From: Sandaracinaceae bacterium
Lineage (GTDB): Bacteria; Myxococcota_A; Polyangia; Polyangiales; Sandaracinaceae
Direction of reading: 5' to 3'
NCBI GenBank assembly: GCA_044220955.1
Contig: JBGAQA010000077.1
Coordinates: 1-33,570 of the forward strand
DNA: 33,570 nucleotides
Numbering within the stretch: position 1 is the first letter of the stretch; each line of letters opens with the position of its first letter. Below are positions 9,310-18,655 of the stretch, piece after piece. The notes below the pieces were generated by a model that saw only the letters and a program-made list of their open reading frames with translations, did not search any database and had not been told where the DNA came from. The position numbers and the translations under genes were made by a program.

Positions 9310-9337
9310 CCACCGACGGAGAACGGGATCTGCACCC

Positions 9338-9346
9338 AATCGATTT
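9338..9346. repeat. Right target-site duplication AATCGATTT
   Basis: Identical to 7533-7541; abuts IRR. Confidence 0.92.
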
Positions 9347-9373
9347 CGAGGCGCTCGGAGGGCTCCGGTCCCC

Positions 9374-10189
9374 TCACGGCCGTGCGCGGCGAGAGCGCGC
9401 GAGAGTCAAGGCATCCTCGTCGGGCGCGCGCTCCTCCGAAGTGGACGCGCGCGCTGGCGCCGCGGCGGGGCGCCGCACCCAGAGGTGGAGCGCGAGGCCG
9501 ATGGCGAGGCCGGCTCCGACGATGCCGAAGAAGAGGCCCGGTCCGGGGACGTGCTCGAGGCCGGTCTGCACGTTCATGCCGAGCATCGCACCGAGCGCGG
9601 TGAACGGGAGACAGACCGCGGCGAGCAGGTTGAGCCGGTGGCTCTCGAGGGCGATGCGCGCCGAGGCGCCGGCCTCGCGCTCGGCGTCCTCTGCGAGGCC
9701 GAGCTGGAGCGCAGCGGCGGCCTCCTCGGAGAGCGCGCCTGCCTCGCGCTCGAGATCGTAGGCGCGGTCGCGCGCGGCCAGGACGTCGAGGTCGGCGGGG
9801 ATGGCGGTCCGTACGTCCTGCAGCGCGGCGTGCAGGTTGCGCGTCGAGCGCGCGAGCGGTCGCGCCTCGCGGATGAGCGTGAAGCGCTCGCGCGCGCTGG
9901 CGGCTCGGGCCAGCCGCCGCTCGAGCTCGTCGAGCCTGCCCGCGTACGCGTCGAGGAGCGTGCGCAGCGCGACGGGGCCGCTCGGTCCGGGCGAGCCGCG
10001 CCACTGACCTTCCGGATCGCGCCAGAGCAGGGTCCCGCGTCGCTCCTTCTCTCCAGCGCGCGGCGGCTGGTGCAAGAGGAGCAGGGCGTGGCCCTCGTGC
10101 AGCATCGCCCGCTGGCGGCCGATCGAGGCGCCGACGCGCGCGCGCAGAACCGCGGGCAGGGTCCATCCGTCCGGGAGGATCTTCGGCAT
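9374..10189 (-). CDS. CorA-family divalent cation transporter-like protein (short form)
   Basis: C-terminal LNLLAAVCLPFTALGAMLGMN (GMN signature) plus a second TM helix; ATG at 10189 after AGGAGG. Confidence 0.75.
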   Translation of the reverse strand: MPKILPDGWTLPAVLRARVGASIGRQRAMLHEGHALLLLHQPPRAGEKERRGTLLWRDPEGQWRGSPGPSGPVALRTLLDAYAGRLDELERRLARAASARERFTLIREARPLARSTRNLHAALQDVRTAIPADLDVLAARDRAYDLEREAGALSEEAAAALQLGLAEDAEREAGASARIALESHRLNLLAAVCLPFTALGAMLGMNVQTGLEHVPGPGLFFGIVGAGLAIGLALHLWVRRPAAAPARASTSEERAPDEDALTLARSRRARP

Positions 10190-10274
10190 CGAGGCCTCCT
10201 TCGCCCGCATGAACGCGCACGGGAGGCCGACTGTTTCGCCGGTTCACCGGAACGTCACGCACGCACTCGCTCGC

Positions 10275-11123
10275 TCAGCGGGGCGCGGCGTAGACGCGGA
10301 CACCGACCGTGTCGCGCAGGAGAAAGTAGAGCGTGCGGCACGAGGGCGCGATCTCGGGTGAGCCGACCATCTCGCCGGCGGTGGCGAGGTCGAGCGTCGT
10401 CGGCGTCGTCCCGAACGTCCCGCTCGCGCTCGGCCGCGCGTAGCTCACGACGTGGCCCGCGAAGGATCCGTAGAGCGTGAGGCCGTCCGGGGAGAGGTCG
10501 GGGGCCGTGAGCTGGATCGTCGCGAGCTCGGCCACGATGTGGAGCGTCGGGAACGGCTCGCCGATCGCCGCGCGGATCGCGCGGAAGGGCGCGCCGCCGG
10601 AGGCGCCGTAGATCGCGCGCTCGTCGTCGACGACGGCCAGCAGCTCGACGCCATCGGCGACCGTGCCGTCCACGACGAACGCGCTGCGCCGGTCGGCGCG
10701 ATGGGCGACGAAGACGGGAGAGGCCGCGCTCGAGCACGTGAAGTACACGCGCAGCCCGTCGGCGCTCACGTCGATCTGCGGGTTGGCGAGCCCGGCGCTC
10801 GCGCACGCGGCGTCGAGCTCGGGCAGGGCGGTACGCGCGGTGAACGGCGCGGGGACGGCCGAGCGCCGCACGACCGCGAAGTGCGGCCCGTCGCCGAGGA
10901 AGATCTCGAGCTCGTCGGCGGTGACCGCGGGCGAGGACGCCGCGAGCACGCCCGGAACGATCACGGTGCCCAGCCCGAAGATCCCGGTGCAGTCGGGGGC
11001 GGCGGGCCCGGTGTCGGGCGTCGCGGGGGCGTCGCTGCCGGCGTCCGCCGGCGCCACCAGGGGAGGGTCGCAGGCGAGGGCGAGCGCGGCGAGCACCAGC
11101 GAGCCGGCTGCGAGTCGCGTCAC
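10275..11123 (-). CDS. Lipoprotein with TolB/PD40-like beta-propeller repeats
   Basis: LAALALA-C lipobox; repeats PAVTADELEIF, IDVSADGLRVYF, PDLSPDGLTLY, PEIAPSCRTLYF; GTG start inferred. Confidence 0.7.
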   Translation of the reverse strand: MTRLAAGSLVLAALALACDPPLVAPADAGSDAPATPDTGPAAPDCTGIFGLGTVIVPGVLAASSPAVTADELEIFLGDGPHFAVVRRSAVPAPFTARTALPELDAACASAGLANPQIDVSADGLRVYFTCSSAASPVFVAHRADRRSAFVVDGTVADGVELLAVVDDERAIYGASGGAPFRAIRAAIGEPFPTLHIVAELATIQLTAPDLSPDGLTLYGSFAGHVVSYARPSASGTFGTTPTTLDLATAGEMVGSPEIAPSCRTLYFLLRDTVGVRVYAAPR

Positions 11124-11140
11124 CGTGCGATGATACCGGC

Positions 11141-11962
11141 TCAGAGCGCGCGCAGCTCGGGAAAGAGCCGCGCGAGGGTCGCGTCGTCGAGCGCGTGAGA
11201 CTCCTCGACCGGCACCCATCGCACCTCGACGTGCAGCACCCTCTCGGGCTCGATCGGCAGCACGGCGTCCACGGCCGCGCGCAGCGCGCCCCGATCATCG
11301 AGCGGCGGCACCTCGCCGGGCCCGCGCACGACCAGCGCGAGCGCGAGCACCGCCGTGCCGCTCGCCTCGGTCGAGAGCGTCCGGGCCCCGCCGCGATAGC
11401 CCACACCGTCGGGCACGACATCGCGACGCACGAGCGCCTCGAGCGCCGACGTCGCCACCTCGATCGGCGAGCCCGACCCGGCGGGCGGTGTCACCGTGAG
11501 CGCGGCTCGAATGGGCGCGTCCGCGCGCGCGAGCGCGTCCGCGAGGTCGCTCAGCCGCTTGTACGGGGTGCCCTCCGCGGCGAGCGCACCGAGCTCGCTG
11601 CGGAGCGTCGAGGGCACGGCCAGGGTGAACGTCACGAGCGAGGGAGGCCCGTACGCCACGATCGGCTGCACGCGTCGCTCTTCCCACTCGATCCGTGCCT
11701 CGACCCGCTCCCGGCGCCGACGCGCGAGGAGGGTGACGACGGCCACCACGGCCATGAACGCCAGCGCACCGAGCGCGAAGACGGGGCAGAGGTGCTCCGG
11801 TCCGCTCGTCCACGCCGCCCAGGCGACGAACAGCACGATCCCGACGACCAGCAGCCCGGCGGGGTTCTCGTCACCGTCCCCGCCCGGCGCGCGGCCCCCC
11901 GACCCCATCGGCGCGCGATGGTGGTGGTGCTTGTGGTGATGATGGTGGTGATGGTGACCCAT
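11141..11962 (-). CDS. Membrane protein with poly-His N-terminus and DUF1517/FLAP1-like C-terminus
   Basis: MGHHHHHHHHKHHHH; two TM segments; C-terminal VEVRWVP...ALDDATLARLFPELRAL resembles the DUF1517 ending. Confidence 0.6.
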   Translation of the reverse strand: MGHHHHHHHHKHHHHRAPMGSGGRAPGGDGDENPAGLLVVGIVLFVAWAAWTSGPEHLCPVFALGALAFMAVVAVVTLLARRRRERVEARIEWEERRVQPIVAYGPPSLVTFTLAVPSTLRSELGALAAEGTPYKRLSDLADALARADAPIRAALTVTPPAGSGSPIEVATSALEALVRRDVVPDGVGYRGGARTLSTEASGTAVLALALVVRGPGEVPPLDDRGALRAAVDAVLPIEPERVLHVEVRWVPVEESHALDDATLARLFPELRAL

Positions 11963-12038
11963 CCCTCCCCAGCGTCGCCGGCCCCGCGCCCCGTCGCAAG
12001 ACTGCAACTCCTGGCGCGCGTCGCGATACGATGGCGCG

Positions 12039-13001
12039 ATGGGCGGAGCGGCGTCGAGGGCGGTGGCATGCGCGTGGCTCGCGCTCGCGTGCGCGCTCGG
12101 TGCCAGCTCGGCATCTGCGCAGCCGCTCGCCGAGCCGGCGGCGTACCGCCCGCTCGTCGACGAGGCGCTCACCGAGTTCGACGCGGGCCGCTACGCGGAG
12201 GCCCGCACGCTCTTCGAGCGGGCGCACGCCGTCTACCCGAACGCGCGGACGCTCCGCGGCATCGGGATGGCAGCGTTCGAGCTGCGCGACTACGTCGCGT
12301 CGGCCGCGGCGCTCGAGGCCTCGCTCGCCTCGGACGTCCGTCCCCTGACCGAGGAGCAGCGCACGGCGGCGATCGCGCTGCGCGAGCGCGCTCTCGTCTT
12401 CGTCGGATCGTTCGGCATCGGTCCAGCGCCCGCGGGCACCGAGGTGCGCGTCGACGGAGTCGTCACCGCGCCGGCCGGGTCGATCGAGTCGAGCGCGCGG
12501 GTCGCGCTCGCGGTCGGCAGCCACGAGATCGCGCTCCGCGCTCCCGACGGACGCAGCGTGCGCGCGGCGGTCGTCGTCCACGGGGGCGAGGACGAAGACC
12601 TGGGCCTCGTGATCGAGGCGCATCCGTCGACGACCGCACCGGGCCTGGAGATCGGGCTCCCGATCGCCCCGACGCTGCCGCCGGAGCGGGCCGGGCGCGA
12701 CGACGTGCCGTGGATCGTGCTCGGCGTCGGCGCGGTCGGCGCGGCTGCGGGTGCGGTCCTGCTCGCGCGCGGGACCGTCGACGCGTCGGCCGTCTCCGGC
12801 GCACCGTCCGCCACCGAGTGGGCCGACGTCGAGGTCGCCTCCGATCGCGCGCTCCCCGCCCTCGCCGCCGGGGGCGTGCTCGCGGGTGTCGGGCTCGCCG
12901 CCGTGATCGGGGGCCTCGTGTGGGGCCTGCTCGTGACCCCGACGTCGCCCAGCCGAGCATCCGTCACCGCGAGTCCCGGCTCGCTCGAGGTGCACTTCTG
13001 A
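12039..13001 (+). CDS. Secreted TPR + PEGA domain protein with C-terminal membrane segments
   Basis: Signal peptide; TPR (FDAGRYAEARTLFERAH...PNARTLRGIG); PEGA-like EVRVDG...GSHEIAL; hydrophobic C-terminus. Confidence 0.8.
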   Translation: MGGAASRAVACAWLALACALGASSASAQPLAEPAAYRPLVDEALTEFDAGRYAEARTLFERAHAVYPNARTLRGIGMAAFELRDYVASAAALEASLASDVRPLTEEQRTAAIALRERALVFVGSFGIGPAPAGTEVRVDGVVTAPAGSIESSARVALAVGSHEIALRAPDGRSVRAAVVVHGGEDEDLGLVIEAHPSTTAPGLEIGLPIAPTLPPERAGRDDVPWIVLGVGAVGAAAGAVLLARGTVDASAVSGAPSATEWADVEVASDRALPALAAGGVLAGVGLAAVIGGLVWGLLVTPTSPSRASVTASPGSLEVHF

Positions 13002-13753
13002 TGTCCGTTCGCTCTGCCCTCGCTCTGCTCGTCGCGCTGCTCGTCGCTTGCGCGCCCACCGTCGGAGGCGACGGCTTCTACCGCTGCGCGCGCGTCGGCC
13101 GCTGCCCGGCGAGCGCGCCCCACTGCGGCGACGACGGCGTCTGCCACACCCAGCCTGGAGCTCACGACGCGGGTGCAGACGCGGCTTCCGAGGACGCGCG
13201 CGTCGGTCCGCCCGCGCTGAGCTTCCGCGACTGCCTCGTCAGCAGCACGTGCGACCCCGGCGAGGAGTGCTTCACCGACACCGACTCGACGACGCACACG
13301 GTCGCCGGCTACTGCACGCGCCCCTGCCTGGACGATCCGGACTGTCCGGACCTCGCCGGCGTCCCTTCGGCGTGCGGCGTGAGCGCGCCTCGCGTCTGCC
13401 TTCGTCCGTGCACCGGCGGGACCGACTGTCGCTATCCGCTCCTGTGCATCGCGGGCCGCTGGGGCGCGGCGAGCGCGGTGTGCAGCAACTTCGACGACGC
13501 GTTTCCGCTCGAGTACTACGAGCCTTGCGCCGACGACTCCGGCTGCCCGCGCCCGCTCTCGTGCCTCGCGGGGCGCTGCATGCGGGGCTGTCCGACCGGC
13601 GGCGAGTGCATCCTCGGGATCGAGGAGTGCACCTCGGGCCCGGGGGGCCTGCCGACGTGCCTCGTGACCTGCGACGTCGACGGGACCTGCGACCTCGTCA
13701 CCGGTGCTCCCTGCGGCGGCACGCCGATGCTCTGCCGCCCGCCGGGGTGGTGA
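13001..13753 (+). CDS. Cys-rich lipoprotein
   Basis: TGATG overlap with the upstream gene; LLVA-C lipobox; repeated CTRPCxxDxDC-type modules. Confidence 0.8.
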   Translation: MSVRSALALLVALLVACAPTVGGDGFYRCARVGRCPASAPHCGDDGVCHTQPGAHDAGADAASEDARVGPPALSFRDCLVSSTCDPGEECFTDTDSTTHTVAGYCTRPCLDDPDCPDLAGVPSACGVSAPRVCLRPCTGGTDCRYPLLCIAGRWGAASAVCSNFDDAFPLEYYEPCADDSGCPRPLSCLAGRCMRGCPTGGECILGIEECTSGPGGLPTCLVTCDVDGTCDLVTGAPCGGTPMLCRPPGW

Positions 13754-13782
13754 GCCCGGCGCGCGTGCTCGCTGGGGAGGAC

Positions 13783-13821
13783 CCGGCCCGAGGCGCGTCG
13801 CGCGCGGAAGGCACGGGCCGG
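13783..13821. terminator. Possible bidirectional hairpin between convergent genes
   Basis: CCGGCCCG (13783-13790) / CGGGCCGG (13814-13821); long loop, no U tract. Confidence 0.3.
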
Positions 13822-13855
13822 TGGGGTGAGCCGATGCAATCGGGGATGCGGCGGC

Positions 13856-14512
13856 TCAGAACAGGAACGTCTCGCAGACGCCGCCCATGAAGCGGTACCA
13901 GGTGCGGTTCGAGGAGTGCACGCGGATGCCGTAGTTCTCGGCGAGGTGATCGCTCGGCGCGCGCACGCGCAGCTCGTGGTCGTCGTTCGGGTCGCTGATG
14001 CAGACCAGGCCCATCGCGTCGCACGCGGCCACGACGGCGGCGGTGTACGCGGCGTCGTCGACGACGAGCCAGCTCGAGGTGTCCCTGAACATCACGGGAT
14101 CGAAGAGCTCGGGCCGGGTGTCCATCACGCTCTGGACCGACGCCTGGACCTGCGCGGAGAAGCGCGCCGGGCTGCTCGGGGCGCACCACACGTCGTCGAC
14201 GCAAGGATCGCAGCCGAGCGTGTGCCCGCAGCCGTCGGGCGCGTCGCCGCAGCACGCCGTGCAGTCGTATGCGGGCACGCAGCCCGGGCCGGCGTCGGGA
14301 GTGACGAACGCGTCCGCCGGTACGGCCATGTCGACGGTCGCGAGCGCGTCCGCCGCTCCCGCGTCGCCCGGCGCGGCTGCATCGGTGCCCGGCGCGTCGA
14401 CGCCGACGTGCCCGCCGTCCGCGGCGGCGGCGTCGCCCCGCGCGCGCCCGCCGAGGTCCGTGGCGCACGCCGGCAGCGCGAGGACGAGCGCGATCACGAT
14501 CGTGCGTCGCAT
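13856..14512 (-). CDS. Hypothetical lipoprotein
   Basis: MRRTIVIALVLALPA-C; DA-rich linker; Cys-rich segment. Confidence 0.7.
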   Translation of the reverse strand: MRRTIVIALVLALPACATDLGGRARGDAAAADGGHVGVDAPGTDAAAPGDAGAADALATVDMAVPADAFVTPDAGPGCVPAYDCTACCGDAPDGCGHTLGCDPCVDDVWCAPSSPARFSAQVQASVQSVMDTRPELFDPVMFRDTSSWLVVDDAAYTAAVVAACDAMGLVCISDPNDDHELRVRAPSDHLAENYGIRVHSSNRTWYRFMGGVCETFLF

Positions 14513-14576
14513 GCCCCATGGTGCCACGGCCGCGGCCGCCGCGCGCGCCGACCCCGTGCTAGCTTCGCGCCCCGTC

Positions 14577-15602
14577 ATGGCCCACCCGAAGCTGCCCGTG
14601 CTCGAGCTCGTGCTCGTCAACTACAAGAACTTCAACGCGCGCGCGACGCGCGACGCGCTGCTCGCGTACTGGCGGCACGTCGAGGGCGGCGGGAAGATGT
14701 TCTGGGCGCTCGCGGGCGCGATGAGCTCCGCGCAGCTCGGAATCACGCTCGCGCCGGCGATCCGCGCGGGGCTGATCCACGGCCTCTCGGTCACGGGCGC
14801 GAACCTCGAGGAGTCGCTCTTCCGGCTCGTCGCGCACCACTCGTACAAGGACTTCCCCGAGTACCGTTACTTCACGAAGAACGACGACACGAAGATCCTC
14901 GAGGATCGGATGCGCCGCGTCACGGACACGAGCATCCCGGAGGACGAGGCGTTTCGTGCGGTCGAGAAGTACGTCGTCCCGATGTGGACGAAGGCGCAAG
15001 AGACGGGCGCGCGCCGCTTCTGGCACGAGTACTTCTACGAGCTGATCCAGGCGCTTCCGAAGGAGTCGCACGAGGGCCCGGCGGACGAGTGCTGGCTGCT
15101 CGCCGCCGCGCAGGCGAAGCTCCCGATCGTGGTGCCAGGCCACGAGGACTCGACCTTCGGCAACATCTTCGCCTCGCACGTCGCGCACGGCGACTGCGGC
15201 GCGCAGATCGTCAAGAGCGGCATCGAGTACATGGTCGCCTGGTACGACCAGTACCAGGAGCTCTCGGCCGGCAAGGGCATCGGCTTCTTCCAGATCGGCG
15301 GCGGCATCGCGGGCGACTTCCCGATCTGCGTCGTGCCCTCGATCAAGTACGACCTCGAGAAGCCCGTGAAGCCCTGGGCGTACTTCTGCCAGATCAGCGA
15401 CTCGACGACGTCGTACGGCAGCTACTCGGGCGCGACGCCGAACGAGAAGATCACCTGGGACAAGCTCACCGAGACGACGCCGATGTTCGTGATCGAGTCG
15501 GACGCGACGATCGTCGCCCCGCTGATGCTGAGCGCGCTGCTCGAGTGCAAGGCGCACCCGGCCGAGGCGAACGCGCTCATCGCGAAGCACACCGGGAAGT
15601 AG
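14577..15602 (+). CDS. Deoxyhypusine synthase-family protein (possible homospermidine synthase)
   Basis: LAGAMS, TGANLEE, IGGGIAGDF, QISDSTTSYGSYSGATPNEKITWDK (catalytic Lys position retained), ESDATIVAPL. Confidence 0.9.
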   Translation: MAHPKLPVLELVLVNYKNFNARATRDALLAYWRHVEGGGKMFWALAGAMSSAQLGITLAPAIRAGLIHGLSVTGANLEESLFRLVAHHSYKDFPEYRYFTKNDDTKILEDRMRRVTDTSIPEDEAFRAVEKYVVPMWTKAQETGARRFWHEYFYELIQALPKESHEGPADECWLLAAAQAKLPIVVPGHEDSTFGNIFASHVAHGDCGAQIVKSGIEYMVAWYDQYQELSAGKGIGFFQIGGGIAGDFPICVVPSIKYDLEKPVKPWAYFCQISDSTTSYGSYSGATPNEKITWDKLTETTPMFVIESDATIVAPLMLSALLECKAHPAEANALIAKHTGK

Positions 15603-15621
15603 TCGACCGACGGGAGATCCC

Positions 15622-17166
15622 TCAGGGCTCGTCGGCGAAGACGGGCGCATCGACGGTGATCGCATCGACGAACGCGGGCGGCGCGGCGGCGTGCGTGACG
15701 GCGGGTGCGAGCGGACCTTCGACGGCCGAGCCGTCGAGGACGCGCACGCTGGGCGTGCCGGGAAGCGATGCGAACGCGTCCCTCCAGGCGGCCGCGTCCG
15801 CGGCCGTACGCAGCACGACGTAGACGCTCGTCTCGATCTTCGCGATGCGCGTGAGGCGCTCGAGGAAGGTGAGCGTCGCAGCCACCGCGGACGGGTCGAG
15901 GAGCGCGGCGCGGACGCGCGCGATTCCTTGCAGCTCGAAGACGTCGGCATCGGTGAGAGAGAAGAGAGGTGTGGCGTCACCTGCGACCTCGACCTCCGGG
16001 CCCGGCAGGTGTGCGGCCTCGCGGAGCAGCGCCGGCGCGGCCGGGTGGTCGAGCCCGCCCGCGATGCGCAGGACCGCCGAGCCCTCCTGCGCGGCGCGGA
16101 TCATCCTCGCGCGGAGCACGCGCGTGCTGGTCGTCACCGGCCCGAACGAGACACGGAGCACCGGCAGCGGCGCGGCGGGGCGATCGATCAGCGGGTCGCC
16201 CTCGACCTCGCCACGTCGGACGATCGCGCGCACGTCCCGCACGCGCGTGGTCGGTGCGCGGCCGGCCCGGGCGGGGACCGACGTCGGTACGCCCGGTGGC
16301 GCGGGCGCGTGCGGGCGCTCGACGCGCCGAGACTCCGAGACGATCTCCCCCGAGCCGAAGCGAGCGACGTAGTCGGCGGGCGCGCCGGCGCAGACCTCGG
16401 CGCCCGGGCACGAAGGGCAGCGGGGCCCCTGGGGCTGCGCGTACGACGCGGCGATCGCGGCCCACGCGGTGCCCTCGACGAACGCGTGCGCGCGCGTCCG
16501 GCCGATCGCGGCACCGAGCTTCGGCGCGACGCAGCGCGGGAGGTCGTGCACGTGCAGGGAGAGCCGCGCGCGGGTCGCGGCGGCCCACGCGTCGTCGAGC
16601 GGGTCCTCCAGCAGGCCGAAGCGCGGCGCGAGCATGATCGCCTCGCGCAGCGCGACGCCCCGGTGCGCCAGCCGCACGAGGTGCACGACGCGCGCGCGCA
16701 CACCCTCGGCGAGCACGACCAGCTCGGCCACGTGCGAGGCCGTCGGGCGCGTCAGCGTCGCCTCGATCTCGGTCGGGATTCCCGCGTCCGCCGCGGCGAG
16801 GAGCGCACGCATCGCGCGCTTCGCCGCGCCCGGCTGACCCACGAGCCAGTCGTGCGCGTCGGGCCGGGCCGAGTGGAGCACCACCCGCAGCGTGCCGAGC
16901 CCCGCGGCGCGGAGCTCGCGCAGCGTCTGCACCGACGCGAGCACGAGCGCGTCCGTGCGGAGCGTCGCCCCGCGGAGCGCGCCGAGCACCTCCGGCAGGT
17001 CGGCGCGGAGCGTCGGCTCGCCGCCCGCGAGCACGAGCGGGCCTGTGATCGACGCGGCGCGCGTCGCGAGCGCGGCGATGGGCGGATCCGGCGCGTCGAG
17101 CTCGGGATCGTCGAGGCGCGCAGGGCCGCGGGCGCGCGCGGTGACGTGGAGGAGCGTCTCGCTCAC
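15622..17166 (-). CDS. Pseudo-radical SAM protein (no CxxxCxxC; retains GGEP and auxiliary Cys motif)
   Basis: LAGGEPTL, AHDWLVGQPGA, DLPRC, CPSCPGAEVCAG...Y..RFG; GTG start overlaps the upstream stop (GTGA). Confidence 0.75.
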   Translation of the reverse strand: MSETLLHVTARARGPARLDDPELDAPDPPIAALATRAASITGPLVLAGGEPTLRADLPEVLGALRGATLRTDALVLASVQTLRELRAAGLGTLRVVLHSARPDAHDWLVGQPGAAKRAMRALLAAADAGIPTEIEATLTRPTASHVAELVVLAEGVRARVVHLVRLAHRGVALREAIMLAPRFGLLEDPLDDAWAAATRARLSLHVHDLPRCVAPKLGAAIGRTRAHAFVEGTAWAAIAASYAQPQGPRCPSCPGAEVCAGAPADYVARFGSGEIVSESRRVERPHAPAPPGVPTSVPARAGRAPTTRVRDVRAIVRRGEVEGDPLIDRPAAPLPVLRVSFGPVTTSTRVLRARMIRAAQEGSAVLRIAGGLDHPAAPALLREAAHLPGPEVEVAGDATPLFSLTDADVFELQGIARVRAALLDPSAVAATLTFLERLTRIAKIETSVYVVLRTAADAAAWRDAFASLPGTPSVRVLDGSAVEGPLAPAVTHAAAPPAFVDAITVDAPVFADEP

Positions 17167-18587
17167 GACGCCACCTCGACGCGGACGGCGACGCCCGGGA
17201 GGTCGAGGGCGAGCACGTCGCGCAGCCGCGACCAGTGGCTCGCGCCGCGGGCGGCGATGCGCACGGACTCGACCCCTGCCTCGGCGAGGGCGTGGATCGC
17301 CCGGTGCACCTCGCTCGGCGCCGCGTCGGCGGCGACGCGCGCGGCGATCCGGATGCGTCCCTGAGCAGGTCGTGTCCGATCGAGCGCGCCGAGCGCGACC
17401 AGCTCCCGGACGAGCGGCGCGTGCAAAGTGGACGCCGCGAGATCGAGCGCGAGATCCGTCGCGCCGGAGGCCCTCAGGCGCGCGGCATCGCCCTCGGCGA
17501 GCGTCGAGACCACGACCCAGACCGTGGGCGCGCTCGTCGCGATCGGTCCGCCGTTCCACGCGCGCTCGACGTGCTGGGCGCCCTCGGCGGCGCGGGCGCT
17601 CGCGTCCCAGGGCTCGACGCGGGGCAGGGGCGCCACGAGGCCGCTGCCCCCGCGGTGCGTCCAGTACGCGCGCCAGGCGCCACCGCAGCGCGTTCGGAGG
17701 GCACAGCCGAGACACGGCGGGCCCTGCTCCTTGTCTCCCTGGTTCTCGATCCCCGGCAGCGCCTCGAACGTCGCCCCGCGCGCCTCGATCGCCTCGATCG
17801 CCTCGACCGAGCGCGCGCGCCCCTCGTCGTCGTCCCAGCCGACGCAGAGCGGCAGGCCGCAGTACGGGTTGAGGAGGCGGATGCCGCGCTCGCGCGCGAC
17901 CGCTCGCGCCTCGCGCACCGAGCGCGCGAGCACCGCGTAGTCGGGCAAGAGCTCGAGGTTCGCCTTCGCGCGCCCGTGGGGCTGCACGGCGGAGAGCGAG
18001 ATCGACTCCACGCGCGGAAGCCGCGTCGCGACGAAGCGCACGTAGTCGGCCACGCGCGCCTCGGTCTGCCGCGCCGTCACCGGGTTCAGCACCACGCGGA
18101 CGCCGGCGTCGAGCAGCCCGTCGATCCCGCGCAGGCAAGGCTCGAACGCGCCCGGCAGCCCGGCGAGCTCGTCGTGGAGGGATGGCTGATCGGAGAGCAG
18201 CGACACGAACGCCGAGGTGAGGCCGGCCGCCGCGAGCTCCGTGGCATAGCCCGGATCGACGAGCGTCGCGTTCGTCTGCAGCTCGACGAAGGGCACACCT
18301 CTCTCTCTCGCCTCGCGCACCAGCGCCACGAGCTTCTTGCGGTAGAGCGTCGGCTCGCCGCCCGAGATCGTCAGCGTGCGCTCGCCGCTCAGGACGAACG
18401 CGTCGAGCTGGCGCGCGATCTCGCCCTCGGGCGGTGTGACGGGGTCGTAGTCCTCGAAGGGCACGTTGCAGAACGGACAGCGCTCGTTGCACGCCATCGT
18501 GAGGCGCAGCAGGCCCTTGGTCCGATCGCTCGCCTCCGCGGACGAGGAGCCCACGACGGGCAAGGAGCGCGCGGACGAGGACGGCAT
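17163..18587 (-). CDS. Radical SAM protein with Twitch/SPASM-like auxiliary Cys motif
   Basis: CNERCPFC, ISGGEPTL, LQTNA, YCGLPLC, CLGCALRTRCGG. Confidence 0.9.
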   Translation of the reverse strand: MPSSSARSLPVVGSSSAEASDRTKGLLRLTMACNERCPFCNVPFEDYDPVTPPEGEIARQLDAFVLSGERTLTISGGEPTLYRKKLVALVREARERGVPFVELQTNATLVDPGYATELAAAGLTSAFVSLLSDQPSLHDELAGLPGAFEPCLRGIDGLLDAGVRVVLNPVTARQTEARVADYVRFVATRLPRVESISLSAVQPHGRAKANLELLPDYAVLARSVREARAVARERGIRLLNPYCGLPLCVGWDDDEGRARSVEAIEAIEARGATFEALPGIENQGDKEQGPPCLGCALRTRCGGAWRAYWTHRGGSGLVAPLPRVEPWDASARAAEGAQHVERAWNGGPIATSAPTVWVVVSTLAEGDAARLRASGATDLALDLAASTLHAPLVRELVALGALDRTRPAQGRIRIAARVAADAAPSEVHRAIHALAEAGVESVRIAARGASHWSRLRDVLALDLPGVAVRVEVAS

Positions 18588-18655
18588 CGAGCCGCGGGAA
18601 GATAGCACCCGCGCGGCTTGACCCTGCGCGCACTTCCGGCGCTTCATCGCGTCCG

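Larger units (their letters stand above)
7542..9337 (+). mobile_element. Complete ISKra4-family (p-MULT) insertion sequence, 1796 bp
   Basis: IRL 7542-7563 GGGTGCAGTTCCCGATCTGCGT versus reverse complement of IRR 9316-9337 GGGTGCAGATCCCGTTCTCCGT (19/22); flanking 9-bp direct repeat; intact transposase. Confidence 0.92.

Noticed and set aside
11195..13000. N-terminal extensions in the ORF track (11195, 847, 13998, 18633, 33257)
   Set aside because: They overlap other real genes; signal peptides, RBSs or stop/start overlaps point to downstream starts.
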